A stretch of DNA of 32,000 nt from Ignicoccus islandicus DSM 13165 (GCF_001481685.1 NZ_CP006867.1:510001-542000); one strand, 5' to 3'. Positions 17,907 through 27,459 are shown, numbered from the stretch's first letter. Translations and numbers: made by a program. Notes: generated from the letters alone by a model not told the origin.

Positions 17907-18668
17907 TTGATCGGAATAATTACGGATTATGGGTATAATGACGTATATGCGGGGCTACTAAAGGTCGTTGCTAAGGAAGTTTGTAGAAACGCTGAAATCA
18001 TTGATATTACACATGGTATAGAGAGTTTCAATATACTAAAGGGAGCCTACGCGACGCTTGTAACTCTTCCTCACCTACCTCCCAGATCTAGCTTGGTTGT
18101 GGTAGTGGACCCGAGCGTCGGAAGTTCTAGAGAACCTATAGTAGCGGAGATAGGGGAATGGTATGTAGTAGCACCCAACAACGGGGTCGTTTGGTTGGCT
18201 GCCCTTGAGTACGGCGTAGGTAATGTATTCAGAATAGAGAAAAAACTAACGAAATATCGATCCCATACCTTTCACGGTCGCGATATATTCGTTCCCGTAG
18301 GAGCGTATTTAGAATGCGGTGGCTCCCCAGAACGCTTAGGCAACCTTACCTCTCTCAAAGAGTTACCTGTAAATTTAGTAAGAGAACTTAGTGGTTCAAT
18401 GTTAAGGAGTACAGTCATATACGTAGATAAGTTCGGTAATGTAGCTTTATGGTATAAAGGTAACCCGTTTTCGTATGGAGATAAAGTACTAATCAACAAT
18501 AAGTTCGAGGCTAAGGTAGTCAAGACCTTCTCCGAGGTTCGTAAAGGGGAACTGGCAGTTTACGTTAATAGTTTTGGATATTTAGAAATCGCTAAGTACC
18601 TAGGCAATGCTGCAAGGGAACTTGATTTAGAGGAAGGAAATATAGTTACATTAGAGAAATTAACTTGA
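17907..18668 (+). CDS. DUF62/SAM hydroxide adenosyltransferase (SAM hydrolase)
   Basis: IGIITDYGYNDVYAGLLKVV, VVVVDPSVGSSREPIVAEIGEWYVVAPNNGVVWLA, YRSHTFHGRDIFVPVGAYL. Confidence 0.92.
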   Translation: MIGIITDYGYNDVYAGLLKVVAKEVCRNAEIIDITHGIESFNILKGAYATLVTLPHLPPRSSLVVVVDPSVGSSREPIVAEIGEWYVVAPNNGVVWLAALEYGVGNVFRIEKKLTKYRSHTFHGRDIFVPVGAYLECGGSPERLGNLTSLKELPVNLVRELSGSMLRSTVIYVDKFGNVALWYKGNPFSYGDKVLINNKFEAKVVKTFSEVRKGELAVYVNSFGYLEIAKYLGNAARELDLEEGNIVTLEKLT

Positions 18669-18729
18669 GCTAAAAGAGGGATGAGAATTTACTTTCTAGC
18701 GCTAGGTAAATTGAGACTCGGGAATCGTA

Positions 18730-19254
18730 ATGGGTGTTAAAAGGGGTGTAATACCCGGAAGGTATCAACCGTTCCACAAAGGTCACTTACATTTGATCAA
18801 ATGGGCCCTCGAGAGACTGGATGAGGTAATAATAGTTATAGGGAGTGCTCAGGAAAGCCATACCCTTCAAAATCCATTGACTGCAGGAGAGAGAGTACTG
18901 TCCATTAAAAGAGCGCTCGAATGCGAAGGCATTGATCTATCCAAGGTTTACTTAATACCCGTACCCGACATTTTGATGAATAGAGCTTGGGTCTCACATG
19001 TTGAGACCTACGTACCTAAGTTTCACGTTGCAATTTCCAGGAACCCTCTTGTCAAAGTTTTATTTAGAGAAGCAGGATATGAAGTCTTAGAACCACCTGC
19101 GTTCGAAAGAAATAGTTACGTAGCTACTAACATACGCGCACTGATAGCGAAAGGAGATAAGAGGTGGAAGGAACTAGTACCGAAATGCGTCGCTGAGGTT
19201 TTGGAAGAAATAAACCTTGAAGAAAGGATGAGAGAATTATTAAGGAGAGATTGA
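18730..19254 (+). CDS. Nicotinamide-nucleotide adenylyltransferase
   Basis: RGVIPGRYQPFHKGHLHLIKWALERLDEVIIVIGSAQESHTLQNPLTAGERV and ISRNPLVKVLFREAGYEV. Confidence 0.95.
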   Translation: MGVKRGVIPGRYQPFHKGHLHLIKWALERLDEVIIVIGSAQESHTLQNPLTAGERVLSIKRALECEGIDLSKVYLIPVPDILMNRAWVSHVETYVPKFHVAISRNPLVKVLFREAGYEVLEPPAFERNSYVATNIRALIAKGDKRWKELVPKCVAEVLEEINLEERMRELLRRD

Positions 19255-19262
19255 TCTATGGA

Positions 19263-19685
19263 TTAATCTATGTAGCCCATAGCACGTAAATATCCTTCTT
19301 CGCTACCATATTTCGCTTTGTATTCCTCTACGATATCGTAACCATATATTTCCTTGAACTTCTTCCTACCCTCCTCCTTCATTTTAAATGGAGTCCACGG
19401 GGGATCGAAAGTGAGATCCAAGTCCACGTCCTTGACACCGGGTATTGCCTTGATACCATTTACTATCTGCCACAGTATTTGTCCTGCTATGGGACACGTG
19501 GGTGAAGTTAGAGTCATCTTTATCTTTACAATTCCATCATCCGTTACGTCTAAGTTGTACACCAATCCTAGATCCCATACAGAGATAGGTATTTCGGGAT
19601 CGTGTACCTTTTTCAATACTTTCTCAATTACTTCCTTCTTTATCTTTTCCTTATCCACTTTTTGGGGAGATTCTTGTTCAGTCAT
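19263..19685 (-). CDS. DUF59/MIP18 family Fe-S assembly-like protein
   Basis: VIEKVLKKVHDPEIPISVWDLGLVYNLDVTDDGIVKIKMTLTSPTCPIAGQI. Confidence 0.9.
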   Translation of the reverse strand: MTEQESPQKVDKEKIKKEVIEKVLKKVHDPEIPISVWDLGLVYNLDVTDDGIVKIKMTLTSPTCPIAGQILWQIVNGIKAIPGVKDVDLDLTFDPPWTPFKMKEEGRKKFKEIYGYDIVEEYKAKYGSEEGYLRAMGYID

Positions 19686-19772
19686 TCCTCACAACCCCAA
19701 ATACATTGAATCTGGTCGTTCAATTAATTGATGTAAACTTTCGATTACACGCGTGTTTCCGATTAGCTGGTT

Positions 19773-20081
19773 ATGACTACTAAAGGGGTTAGTATGGACT
19801 TTAGAAGCATAATAGACATGATCTATGATTGGACACTGAAGCTCTCAATTCTCGCCTGGGCGATGGTAGGTCTCTCGTGGGTCATAGGGTGGATGCTAAG
19901 GGGTGCTCCAATACCAATACTGAAAATAAAGCGTTTCGGGCATTCGCTAATAGAGGATGCCGTATTGGCTGCATTATGGTTAGCCCTCGGCAGCACGGTA
20001 TTCTTCCTCATCTCCTCAATAACTAAGAACTTAACTCCCCCAACTGTAATAAACGTGACCGCACCCGTTTCGGTGCAATGA
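19773..20081 (+). CDS. Small predicted membrane protein
   Basis: 102 aa; segments LSILAWAMVGLSWVIGWML and AVLAALWLALGSTVFFLIS. Confidence 0.55.
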   Translation: MTTKGVSMDFRSIIDMIYDWTLKLSILAWAMVGLSWVIGWMLRGAPIPILKIKRFGHSLIEDAVLAALWLALGSTVFFLISSITKNLTPPTVINVTAPVSVQ

Positions 20082-20177
20082 AGATACTATGGCGAAACTG
20101 ATGGAAATGATGAATCAGCCGGGCTCGAGCACCAAGTCCTTATTTATTTCCCGCTGCTAAGCTAACTCAGATGCATA

Positions 20178-20759
20178 TTGAACGAGAGAGCTAAGGAAGT
20201 AATTGAAAGCTTGGGCGTAAAGGAAATTGCAAGGCGAATGTTAGCGACTAACGGCGTAGACTCCTTACTATCAACTATAGGCATCCTCAATGGAACTCTA
20301 AGCGCAACTCATTCCAATGACCCTAACATTTACTTAAGTAGCGTGCTTGGAGGTGCCGTCTCATTAGGTCTTTTAAGCGGATTCGTAGGAGTCTATATAA
20401 CTGAGAGGGCCGAGAGACTAGAGGAACTCCGAAAAATAGAAAGGGCTATGGCGAGGAAGTTAAACAAAAGTTTCTATGCTAAAGCAGTTAATTACGCCTC
20501 GGTTTACGTGGCCTTATGGAGCTTAGTAGGTTCGCTGGTCCTTCCACTAACCTCTTTAATACCAATCATTCTCTCGAAATTCGGAGTACTTGAAACTACA
20601 CTAGGAGTCTTACTAAGCATAGTTTTAGCCCATTTAGAACTTTCTCTAATAGGGCTTAGCTTTGGGGGCAGTAACAGGGTCAAGGTAGCTATACAATACC
20701 TCATACTAGGAATTGGTGCTACAATAATTTCAATGCTACTAGGCAACGTAATTAGCTAA
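20178..20759 (+). CDS. Predicted membrane protein, multiple TM segments
   Basis: 193 aa, TTG start; LGGAVSLGLLSGFVGVYIT, YVALWSLVGSLVLPLTSLIPII, TLGVLLSIVLAHLELSLIG, YLILGIGATIISMLLGNV. Confidence 0.65.
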   Translation: MNERAKEVIESLGVKEIARRMLATNGVDSLLSTIGILNGTLSATHSNDPNIYLSSVLGGAVSLGLLSGFVGVYITERAERLEELRKIERAMARKLNKSFYAKAVNYASVYVALWSLVGSLVLPLTSLIPIILSKFGVLETTLGVLLSIVLAHLELSLIGLSFGGSNRVKVAIQYLILGIGATIISMLLGNVIS

Positions 20760-20814
20760 CGTAAATAACTTAAAAACGATATTTGAAGGAACACTAGTGT
20801 AGTGGTGTGTTAGT

Positions 20815-21237
20815 TTGGTAGATAAAATCTCTGACTTAAAGGAAGGCAAGAGCGTTACAATAAAAGGGAAGGTCCTCGAAACCAGTGAGGTCAAGACCGT
20901 TCAAACGAAGTATGGCCCGAGAGAGTTAAGCGAGGCAGTAATAGGCGATGAGACGGGTAAGGTAAGGGTAACTCTTTGGGGAGATAAGGCGGGAACTCTT
21001 AAGGAGGGTGAGGTAGTAGAAATCAGAGATGGCTGGACGACCTCCTTCCGTGGTGAAGTAAAGGTCAACGTCAATCAAAGGAGCGAGATAGAAGTTCTAA
21101 ACGAAGAAGGTCCTTCTGAAGACGAGATACCCGATAACTGGCCGAAAGCTGAAGGGAGAGACATGAGGAGACGTCCTAGAAATAACTTCAGGGGTTCGAG
21201 ACGCGGATCTCATCGAAATTATCGCAAGGAATTCTAA
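20815..21237 (+). CDS. ssb: OB-fold single-stranded DNA-binding protein, crenarchaeal type
   Basis: ISDLKEGKSVTIKGKVLETSEVKTVQTKYGPRELSEAVIGDETGKVRVTLWGDKAGTLKEGEVVEI plus Arg/Gly-rich tail. Confidence 0.88.
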   Translation: MVDKISDLKEGKSVTIKGKVLETSEVKTVQTKYGPRELSEAVIGDETGKVRVTLWGDKAGTLKEGEVVEIRDGWTTSFRGEVKVNVNQRSEIEVLNEEGPSEDEIPDNWPKAEGRDMRRRPRNNFRGSRRGSHRNYRKEF

Positions 21238-21529
21238 TTGCCTTGGAGTAACGCTTCCGGATAATAATTAAAAAGCATCCATCTACACCTTTTAGCACGA
21301 ACCTCCTCCTTGAGAGCCTTTTAATTAAGTACTTGCTAAGTGCATCTAAACCTTTTTCCGTTAATCTATATGCCTTCCCAGAGCTCCTCTCCAGTAAACC
21401 GAATTTAACAGCGAAATATAGATACTTCCTTAGTGTGGACTTGGGTAAATTCAGTTCATCGGAGAGATTCTCATCTCCTTTTTCGCGTATCAGATAAATG
21501 AACGGGATTATCCATTCGATGTTCGACAT
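21188..21529 (-). CDS. Winged-helix DNA-binding regulator
   Basis: MSNIEWIIPFIYLIREKGDENLSDELNLPKSTLRKYLYFAVKFGLLERSSGKAYRLTEKGLDALSKYL. Track start 21619 would overlap divergent nadK; ATG at 21529 is likelier. Confidence 0.7.
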   Translation of the reverse strand: MSNIEWIIPFIYLIREKGDENLSDELNLPKSTLRKYLYFAVKFGLLERSSGKAYRLTEKGLDALSKYLIKRLSRRRFVLKGVDGCFLIIIRKRYSKAIRIPCDNFDEIRVSNP

Positions 21530-21600
21530 AGTTCCTTGACCTCCCGTGATACAGAAGTATCTACTAAAAGCGCTTACATGCGATTTTACTTGGTCATATA

Positions 21601-22365
21601 ATGAAAGCAGTAATAGCAAGGAAACCTGGTTCGGAGTTAGCGGATAGAATAGCCAAGGAGGCTATTGAAATCTTAAGAAGGCATGGGGTCGAAACGTGCG
21701 ATTTTCCTAATTGCAATCCATGTGAGTCGGACTTCGTAGTGGTTATAGGTGGTGATGGAACCCTTCTTTACGTCGCTTCTAAGACCCCTTGCGATACGCC
21801 GCCTATAATTACTATACGAGCTGGGAGGAGGGCTTTTCTCTTGGAACTCGAAGAATCGGAAGTAGAGGATGGCTTGAAAAGTTTCTTAGAAGGTAGATAC
21901 TCCATTGAAAAGCATAAGCGCTTGAGATTTGGTGAATTCAATGCTATGAACGAGATTGCTGTACTAAGTAAGGGTCGGAGGGTAACCAAACTCTCGGTGT
22001 ACTCAGATGGTTCGAAGATATACGAAGGCTTGGAAGGTGACGGTTTGATAATTTCAACTACTCTGGGTTCAACAGCATACGCTCTATCAGCTGGGGGTCC
22101 TCTAATCGATCCTCGATTGGATGCAATACTAATAGTTCCGGTAAATCCTATCCAACTGAACGTGAGGCCTGTAGTGCTGCCCTCTACAGCTGAAGTAACT
22201 ATTAATATAGAATATAATCTGGAAGAGGTCGATGTATTAATAGATGGCATAATTAGTACGAAGGCGAAAAACATTTCTTCGAGTTTGGACGGACCCTATG
22301 TAACCCTAGCTCGGTTTAAGCCTCGGAAGTTCTATGAAAGGCTTATAGAATTACGTTCGCTCTAG
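21601..22365 (+). CDS. nadK: NAD kinase
   Basis: VVIGGDGTLLYVASK, FNAMNEIAVL, GDGLIISTTLGSTAYALSAGGPLIDP. Confidence 0.95.
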   Translation: MKAVIARKPGSELADRIAKEAIEILRRHGVETCDFPNCNPCESDFVVVIGGDGTLLYVASKTPCDTPPIITIRAGRRAFLLELEESEVEDGLKSFLEGRYSIEKHKRLRFGEFNAMNEIAVLSKGRRVTKLSVYSDGSKIYEGLEGDGLIISTTLGSTAYALSAGGPLIDPRLDAILIVPVNPIQLNVRPVVLPSTAEVTINIEYNLEEVDVLIDGIISTKAKNISSSLDGPYVTLARFKPRKFYERLIELRSL

Positions 22366-22377
22366 GATCCTAAGGTC

Positions 22378-22752
22378 GTGAAGATCTTGACTGTGCTCCT
22401 ACTTGTTGCGCATGGAAGTAAAAACGAGAAGTTCAATGAGATGGTCTTAAGAGTTGCGATGCAATTGAAACGCAAAGCAGGGAAGGTATACGTGGGGTTC
22501 TTGCTCGGCACACCCTCTGTAAGGGAAGCAGCCGAAAAGGCCTTTGCAGAGAGCGATGAGGTAATTGTAGTACCATTTTTTATAGCTGAGGGGAGCCACG
22601 TAGTCAAAGACTTGAAGAAGGAAATTGAAGAGGTAGCTAAGGGAAGCGGTAAGAAAGTCGTCTTCGCGAAAGCACTCGGTGATCATCCTTTAGTGGTGGA
22701 AGCCCTCTATCAAAGGTTCGTAGAAGCACTACGTTCAAGTATTACTTCTTAG
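22378..22752 (+). CDS. cbiX: Short CbiX-type sirohydrochlorin cobaltochelatase
   Basis: LLLVAHGSKNEKFNEMVLRVAMQL, VYVGFLLGTPSVREAAEKAF, VIVVPFFIAEGSHVVKDLKKEIEE; GTG start. Confidence 0.85.
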   Translation: MKILTVLLLVAHGSKNEKFNEMVLRVAMQLKRKAGKVYVGFLLGTPSVREAAEKAFAESDEVIVVPFFIAEGSHVVKDLKKEIEEVAKGSGKKVVFAKALGDHPLVVEALYQRFVEALRSSITS

Positions 22753-23129
22753 GAAAATTTCACGCGAACGTACAAGCAACGCATAAGTCCACGATTGAAA
22801 TAACTTGCGAGGAGAGGTTAACGCCCCGAGGGGATTGCATAGTCCTTACTTCCTCCACCCACGAGCCAGAGAAGCTAAGGGAAATGTGTAGGGAAGGAAG
22901 GAAAGGAGTCTTATGTATAATTTCGAGATACGGGGCTACGTGCATACAAGGAAAATGCAATCAATTCGAAGGCAGTTGCAAAATAATACTCCGAAAAGGC
23001 TCATTTAAATCACCAGAAACGTTGCTATATGACACAAACTTCTCGGCTTATGACATAGATAGGGATCTCATAAACGCGGCCAGGTTGTGGGGAGTTAGGG
23101 CAGTAGTCACATTAATGGTATACCAGTAA
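22743..23129 (+). CDS. DUF371 family protein; N-terminus unresolved, no canonical start codon in frame at the expected position
   Basis: Extending the track ORF (22884) upstream gives YFLGKFHANVQATHKSTIEITCEERLTPRGDCIVLTSSTHEPEKLREMCREG..., matching the DUF371 signature (HxNVxATHKxTxExT...LTPRGDCI). Frame is open from 22683 but has no ATG/GTG/TTG before 22884. Confidence 0.7.
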   Translation, partial: YFLGKFHANVQATHKSTIEITCEERLTPRGDCIVLTSSTHEPEKLREMCREGRKGVLCIISRYGATCIQGKCNQFEGSCKIILRKGSFKSPETLLYDTNFSAYDIDRDLINAARLWGVRAVVTLMVYQ

Positions 23130-24863
23130 ACCGTGGAATATTAGTAGAAGCAATGCTACACCCAGAGTAGCCACTACAACGATTGTACCTATTACGAGCC
23201 ATTCCATGAACCTCGATACTCTATGTTTCTGCCTTTCTAGTAATCCTAAGGCTACTATGTTTGCCGTACTTCCTATCATACTCATGTTGCCACCCATAGT
23301 AGCACCATAGAGCAATGCCCACCAAAGGAGGTCCGCTCCAGGTAAACCTATCTCAACTAGCGTCTTCACTACGGGCGCAAGGGCCACAACCACTGGCATG
23401 TTATCTAAGAACGCTGATATTAAAGCGGAGATCACTGCAACGGATACTGTCAACATTATTGTAACAGATAAGTTTAATTCACCAACACCCATTATTAAGG
23501 CGTAAGCCATCTTATCAGTAACTCCCGTGTAGCTCAAAGCTGATGCAATTGCGAATAAGAACATGAAGAAGATAAGCGTCCACCACTCAACGCCATGTTC
23601 AACGAGCCTCCTAGGCTCCTCATATCTGAGCATAACGATCGAAGCGACTATAATTGGACTGAATATAAGTAAAGCTTCAGGCGTTATAGTAGCATGGATC
23701 GAATGAGCATCTAAAGAGTACAGCGCGTTAAGAAGGCTATTTACTACCCCAGATAGGGACGTGTGAAACGCTATTAGCAGAATTACTGCGGTGAAGTATA
23801 TCCAACCGTCTCTGAACTCCTTCAATATCTTCTCGATCTTTTGTTCATCGTCTTTATTCAATTGCACGCCAGGGTCGCTTACTTTACCGGCAAGCCAACT
23901 GACCAAAAAGGGCCTTTTCCTGGCTATGTACGCTCTAATGTACTCAGCTGGGATTCCTTTGAATATGCCCCATTCGTCTAGTTCTATATTGCTTTCCTCT
24001 AACTTCCTTATAGCTTTCGTAACTCCAAGTTTCTTGAGCCATAGAATTCCTATTCCGATGAAGACTAGAAGCGCTGATAGGCTTCCGGGCGTTGCCCATA
24101 CTAAGAAGTCCTCGAAGCTCTTCCCCGACTGTAATGCAATGTAAATACCTATTGGGTTACCTATCATCGTTGCCGCCGAACCGATATTAGTCGCCATTAC
24201 TGCGTACATCACCAACGGTAACGGTTCTATTCCTATTAGACCTGAGAGCGATATAACTAGTCTCGTAACGAAAACTATGCTCGTCACTTCGTCAACTAAA
24301 GCTGCCATTATCCAGCTTAGGAAGGCAAGCATGATAAGGAAGTTTAGCGGTTTAAACTTACTTGCTTTTATCATCTTTATTGTTATCCATTCGAGTACCC
24401 CTTTCTCGCTTAGGTACTCAACGATAATCATCATAGAAATTAGGAACAATATCAAACCTAGTTCCATGTGCTCTATTATCAACTCGAAGGGCGCTACTCC
24501 GAAAAGCAATAGGGCAGTCACACCGAGCATGACGTAGCTTAACCTTTTCTTCCAGTATAGAATAGTACCTAGTATCGCCGTTACGAAGGCCGTTAACGCA
24601 ATAGCTTCGGAAAGGGCTGTTGTGAAAGAGTTGATATCTGCTTCGCAAGTACCGCGAATAGGTAAGGAATATTCCTCAGCTATTTTCAACCATTCGCAGT
24701 GCTTCATCTGGAACTGATGTAGTATCTTATGAATAGCTTTCTCAAGAGGTCCTTCTATCATAGTAACTTTGAAGTTTAAGAAAGTTATAAACGCCAGTGC
24801 GAATACAATAGCTATTGAAACAACCATTAAGATCGGTTTCCGTTCCTCCGTTATTCCACTCAT
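23112..24863 (-). CDS. ArsB/NhaD-type ion transporter (Na+/H+ antiporter-like permease)
   Basis: Many TM segments; ALVDEVTSIVFVTRLVISL, ATNIGSAATMIGNPIGIYIALQSG, SAFLDNMPVVVALAPVV, GATMGGNMSMIGSTANIVALG. Track start 24926; internal ATG at 24863 precedes a more typical N-terminus. Confidence 0.88.
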   Translation of the reverse strand: MSGITEERKPILMVVSIAIVFALAFITFLNFKVTMIEGPLEKAIHKILHQFQMKHCEWLKIAEEYSLPIRGTCEADINSFTTALSEAIALTAFVTAILGTILYWKKRLSYVMLGVTALLLFGVAPFELIIEHMELGLILFLISMMIIVEYLSEKGVLEWITIKMIKASKFKPLNFLIMLAFLSWIMAALVDEVTSIVFVTRLVISLSGLIGIEPLPLVMYAVMATNIGSAATMIGNPIGIYIALQSGKSFEDFLVWATPGSLSALLVFIGIGILWLKKLGVTKAIRKLEESNIELDEWGIFKGIPAEYIRAYIARKRPFLVSWLAGKVSDPGVQLNKDDEQKIEKILKEFRDGWIYFTAVILLIAFHTSLSGVVNSLLNALYSLDAHSIHATITPEALLIFSPIIVASIVMLRYEEPRRLVEHGVEWWTLIFFMFLFAIASALSYTGVTDKMAYALIMGVGELNLSVTIMLTVSVAVISALISAFLDNMPVVVALAPVVKTLVEIGLPGADLLWWALLYGATMGGNMSMIGSTANIVALGLLERQKHRVSRFMEWLVIGTIVVVATLGVALLLLIFHGLLVYH

Positions 24864-25031
24864 TTGAACGCCTACCTGAATTAACGAAAAGGAAGAAGAG
24901 TATATATCTTCATCAAATTCTAGCATTAGGAATATGGTATTATCTTAGTATTCCATCAAAAGAGATATGCTTAAATCGCTCCTCTTGGATAAGCAGTCTA
25001 GGGATGAAGTATATCAAGCGAGCTTGAGAAA

Positions 25032-25445
25032 TTGGCTATCATGCTAAACGCTTTAGGACATCCGGCCAGACTAGCGTTAGCGTTATACCTACTTAGGTCG
25101 AAGAAAGGCGTAGTTTGGGAAGCGTTAAGAAACGCGCTCAAAGAGAACGGTTTGGAAACAGATTTCGATAAACTAAACTATCATCTTTCTATACTTATAA
25201 AGAGTGGTGTTGTAACTAAGGTCAAAGTGGAAGAAGGCATATGGGTATACAAGCTTTCGAGAGATGCGCGAGCATTGGTAAGGACCATCAGAAATAAGGT
25301 ACTCCTCAAAAACTCCTCCTCCATATCCGGTAACGAGGGTAGTAGGAGTGCCGAGGGAACAGATAGAGGCAAGATTCATATCGAACGCAGAAGCATTAGA
25401 GATACTAGAAAAGAGATGGAAGGAATTGGGACCCGAGGTCTCTAA
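25032..25445 (+). CDS. ArsR-like winged-helix regulator; C-terminus may be frame-shifted
   Basis: NALGHPARLALALYLLRSKKG...FDKLNYHLSILIKSGVVTKVKVEEGIWVYKLSRDARALV, then a composition change after AAAAA at 25308-25312. Confidence 0.7.
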   Translation: MAIMLNALGHPARLALALYLLRSKKGVVWEALRNALKENGLETDFDKLNYHLSILIKSGVVTKVKVEEGIWVYKLSRDARALVRTIRNKVLLKNSSSISGNEGSRSAEGTDRGKIHIERRSIRDTRKEMEGIGTRGL

Positions 25446-25707
25446 GCTTGAATATAGACCACTAGATAGCGCGGTTAGGATCCTGAGGGAGTTCGTTAAG
25501 TGTTCAGTTGATAAAGTTAGGGAACTAGACGAATTTCTAAAGAATCTCAACTTAGAAGAAGAGGTAAGGGTGGTTATCGAGAACATTTGTCCCACGAACA
25601 AGGGCTTATTGAGAGTTCTACTGGACATTTCATCAGATGTTGAACTAACCGAAGAGGAGCTAGATCTGATAGTTGAAAAAGTAAAAGAGCTGCTTGGAGA
25701 AGAGTGA
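25348..25707 (+). CDS. Helical acidic protein, possibly the true C-terminal half of the upstream ArsR-like gene
   Basis: SNAEALEILEKRWKELGPEVSKLEYRPLDSAVRILREFVKCSVDKVRELDEFLKNLN...; GTG start; 98-nt same-strand overlap with the ArsR-like ORF. Confidence 0.55.
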   Translation: MPREQIEARFISNAEALEILEKRWKELGPEVSKLEYRPLDSAVRILREFVKCSVDKVRELDEFLKNLNLEEEVRVVIENICPTNKGLLRVLLDISSDVELTEEELDLIVEKVKELLGEE

Positions 25708-25712
25708 GTTAT

Positions 25713-26318
25713 TTAGTCTTCGAAGAGCTCCTCTTCGCTCAGATCTTCCTCGTCCATTTTCCTAATGCATTCCAATTCCTCTAGTTTCTTATAGACCCTA
25801 TCAACCGCCTTTTTCACTTCTTCCTCTCTCTTGGCTCCAGTTATAACCATCTTGCCAGATGAGAACAGAAGTAGGACTACTCTGGGTTCGTCGAGTCTAT
25901 ATATAAGGCCCGGGAATTGTTCTGGTTCATACATACTATTTTCGAGGAGATACGCCGCTTTCTCTAAGTCGACTTGAACGTTCAAGTTAGCGGAAGCAAC
26001 TATGTTTTGAATCTGAATCCTAGGTCTAGCCTTCTCAATTATACCCTCGCGTTTCAATATCGCGAAGATCGTTTTTACTGCTCTAATTAGCTCCTCCGTG
26101 CTCTTGGCTCCAGTTATAACCATCTTACCGGACTTGAAAATCAGGGCAGTGACCCTGGGTTGCTCTAATCTAAATATCAGACCGGGAAATTGTTCTGGTT
26201 CATACTCAACGTTATTGAGCCTCCTTTCTATTTCTTCTAGGTCTATCCTTTGATCTATGGATACCGTTGCTACTATGTTTTCGATTTTAATAATAGGTTT
26301 CGGAGAAGCTGAGGACAA
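25713..26318 (-). CDS. tbp: TATA-box-binding protein
   Basis: Two direct repeats: [62 protein letters not shown] and [61 protein letters not shown]. Confidence 0.97.
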   Translation of the reverse strand: MSSASPKPIIKIENIVATVSIDQRIDLEEIERRLNNVEYEPEQFPGLIFRLEQPRVTALIFKSGKMVITGAKSTEELIRAVKTIFAILKREGIIEKARPRIQIQNIVASANLNVQVDLEKAAYLLENSMYEPEQFPGLIYRLDEPRVVLLLFSSGKMVITGAKREEEVKKAVDRVYKKLEELECIRKMDEEDLSEEELFED

Positions 26319-26382
26319 TATTCTTAACCCTCTTTAAAAAGGGGGATTTCACTTAAAAAGTTGGCGTTATTTAATACCTAAT

Positions 26383-27459
26383 TTAATACCGCGTAAGGAT
26401 GCGAAATCCTTCATTTAAAAATGGGCATAATGGATCACCTTCTAATGTCCCTCTCTCCGTTAAGGCTCTCGCATAACACCCGCCCAAACATTCATTAAAG
26501 AACGGGCACTTGGAACATAAGTGACCCCTGGGCCTCTTGATCTCTCTTACTAGCGGGTGATTCAAGTAATTTAACCAAACCTCTTTGAAACTCGATTTCG
26601 TAACCTTTCCCAATCTGAAATCAAGCACGTCACATAGCATAACGGAACCGTCTGGTCCTATGTCAATCGTATTTTGTTTCCTACAGTTACCAGCATGAAA
26701 GCGTTTGTTCCGTACGATAAATCTCGACCAAGGCGCACACCAAGCTCCGCCTCGAATTTCGTACAGTGTAAGTAGATAGTTCATTTGATGAAGTGAAAGA
26801 AGGAAGTTCTTCCAATCTATATGTAGCTTAGTTTCCCTAGCCATACCGAACGGCATTGTAGGGATAATGATGAATTCGCTTGCACCTAGCTTGTATGCCA
26901 GTTCACCGACTTCTATCACTTTATTATAATTTAGGGGATTGATTGCCATAATTATGGCAAATTCCACGCCATGTTTCTTCAAGTTATTAATACCCCTGAG
27001 AACAGCGTTCCACGTTCCAGCTCCTCTTATTTGTTCATGAATGTGTTTAGGCCCGTCTATACTAACGTACACGTAAACCCCGCGGAGCTTCCTCGCTGTC
27101 TCCTCGGTGATAGCAGTGCCATTCGAAACCACGCTCGGATAAACCTTCTTGTCCAAAAGATCTTTGAATATTTCGAACAACCACTTCTTATAGATTAGTA
27201 CTTCGCCACCGCTGAAGTTTACCCATCTCAAACCCATTTCAATAGCTTCGTTCAATACCCTCGAAACAACCTCCTTGTCGACTTCCGGACCCCATTTAGT
27301 GAAGCGAGAAGCGTAACAATGGAGGCAATTAAGGTTACACTTACCAGTTAGTATCCATATTATGCCCGTAGGACCTTTCAATGTAAGTACCCCATTTAAT
27401 CCACTATGATCTAACGCCCAACAGAAGTAACGAAGAACTAGCTGGAAATTTCCAACCAA
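26383..27459 (-). CDS. Radical SAM protein with SPASM-like C-terminal cysteine domain
   Basis: WILTGKCNLNCLHCYASRF, VNFSGGEVLIY, SIDGPKHIHEQIRG, C-terminal CSKCPFFNECLGGCYARAL and CPFLNEG. Confidence 0.93.
   Translation of the reverse strand: MVGNFQLVLRYFCWALDHSGLNGVLTLKGPTGIIWILTGKCNLNCLHCYASRFTKWGPEVDKEVVSRVLNEAIEMGLRWVNFSGGEVLIYKKWLFEIFKDLLDKKVYPSVVSNGTAITEETARKLRGVYVYVSIDGPKHIHEQIRGAGTWNAVLRGINNLKKHGVEFAIIMAINPLNYNKVIEVGELAYKLGASEFIIIPTMPFGMARETKLHIDWKNFLLSLHQMNYLLTLYEIRGGAWCAPWSRFIVRNKRFHAGNCRKQNTIDIGPDGSVMLCDVLDFRLGKVTKSSFKEVWLNYLNHPLVREIKRPRGHLCSKCPFFNECLGGCYARALTERGTLEGDPLCPFLNEGFRILTRY

Noticed and set aside
21768-22274. 168 aa antisense ORF inside nadK
   Set aside because: Same reasoning; NAD kinase motifs define the real strand.
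22760-22960. 66 aa minus-strand ORF
   Set aside because: Antisense to the well-supported DUF371 frame.
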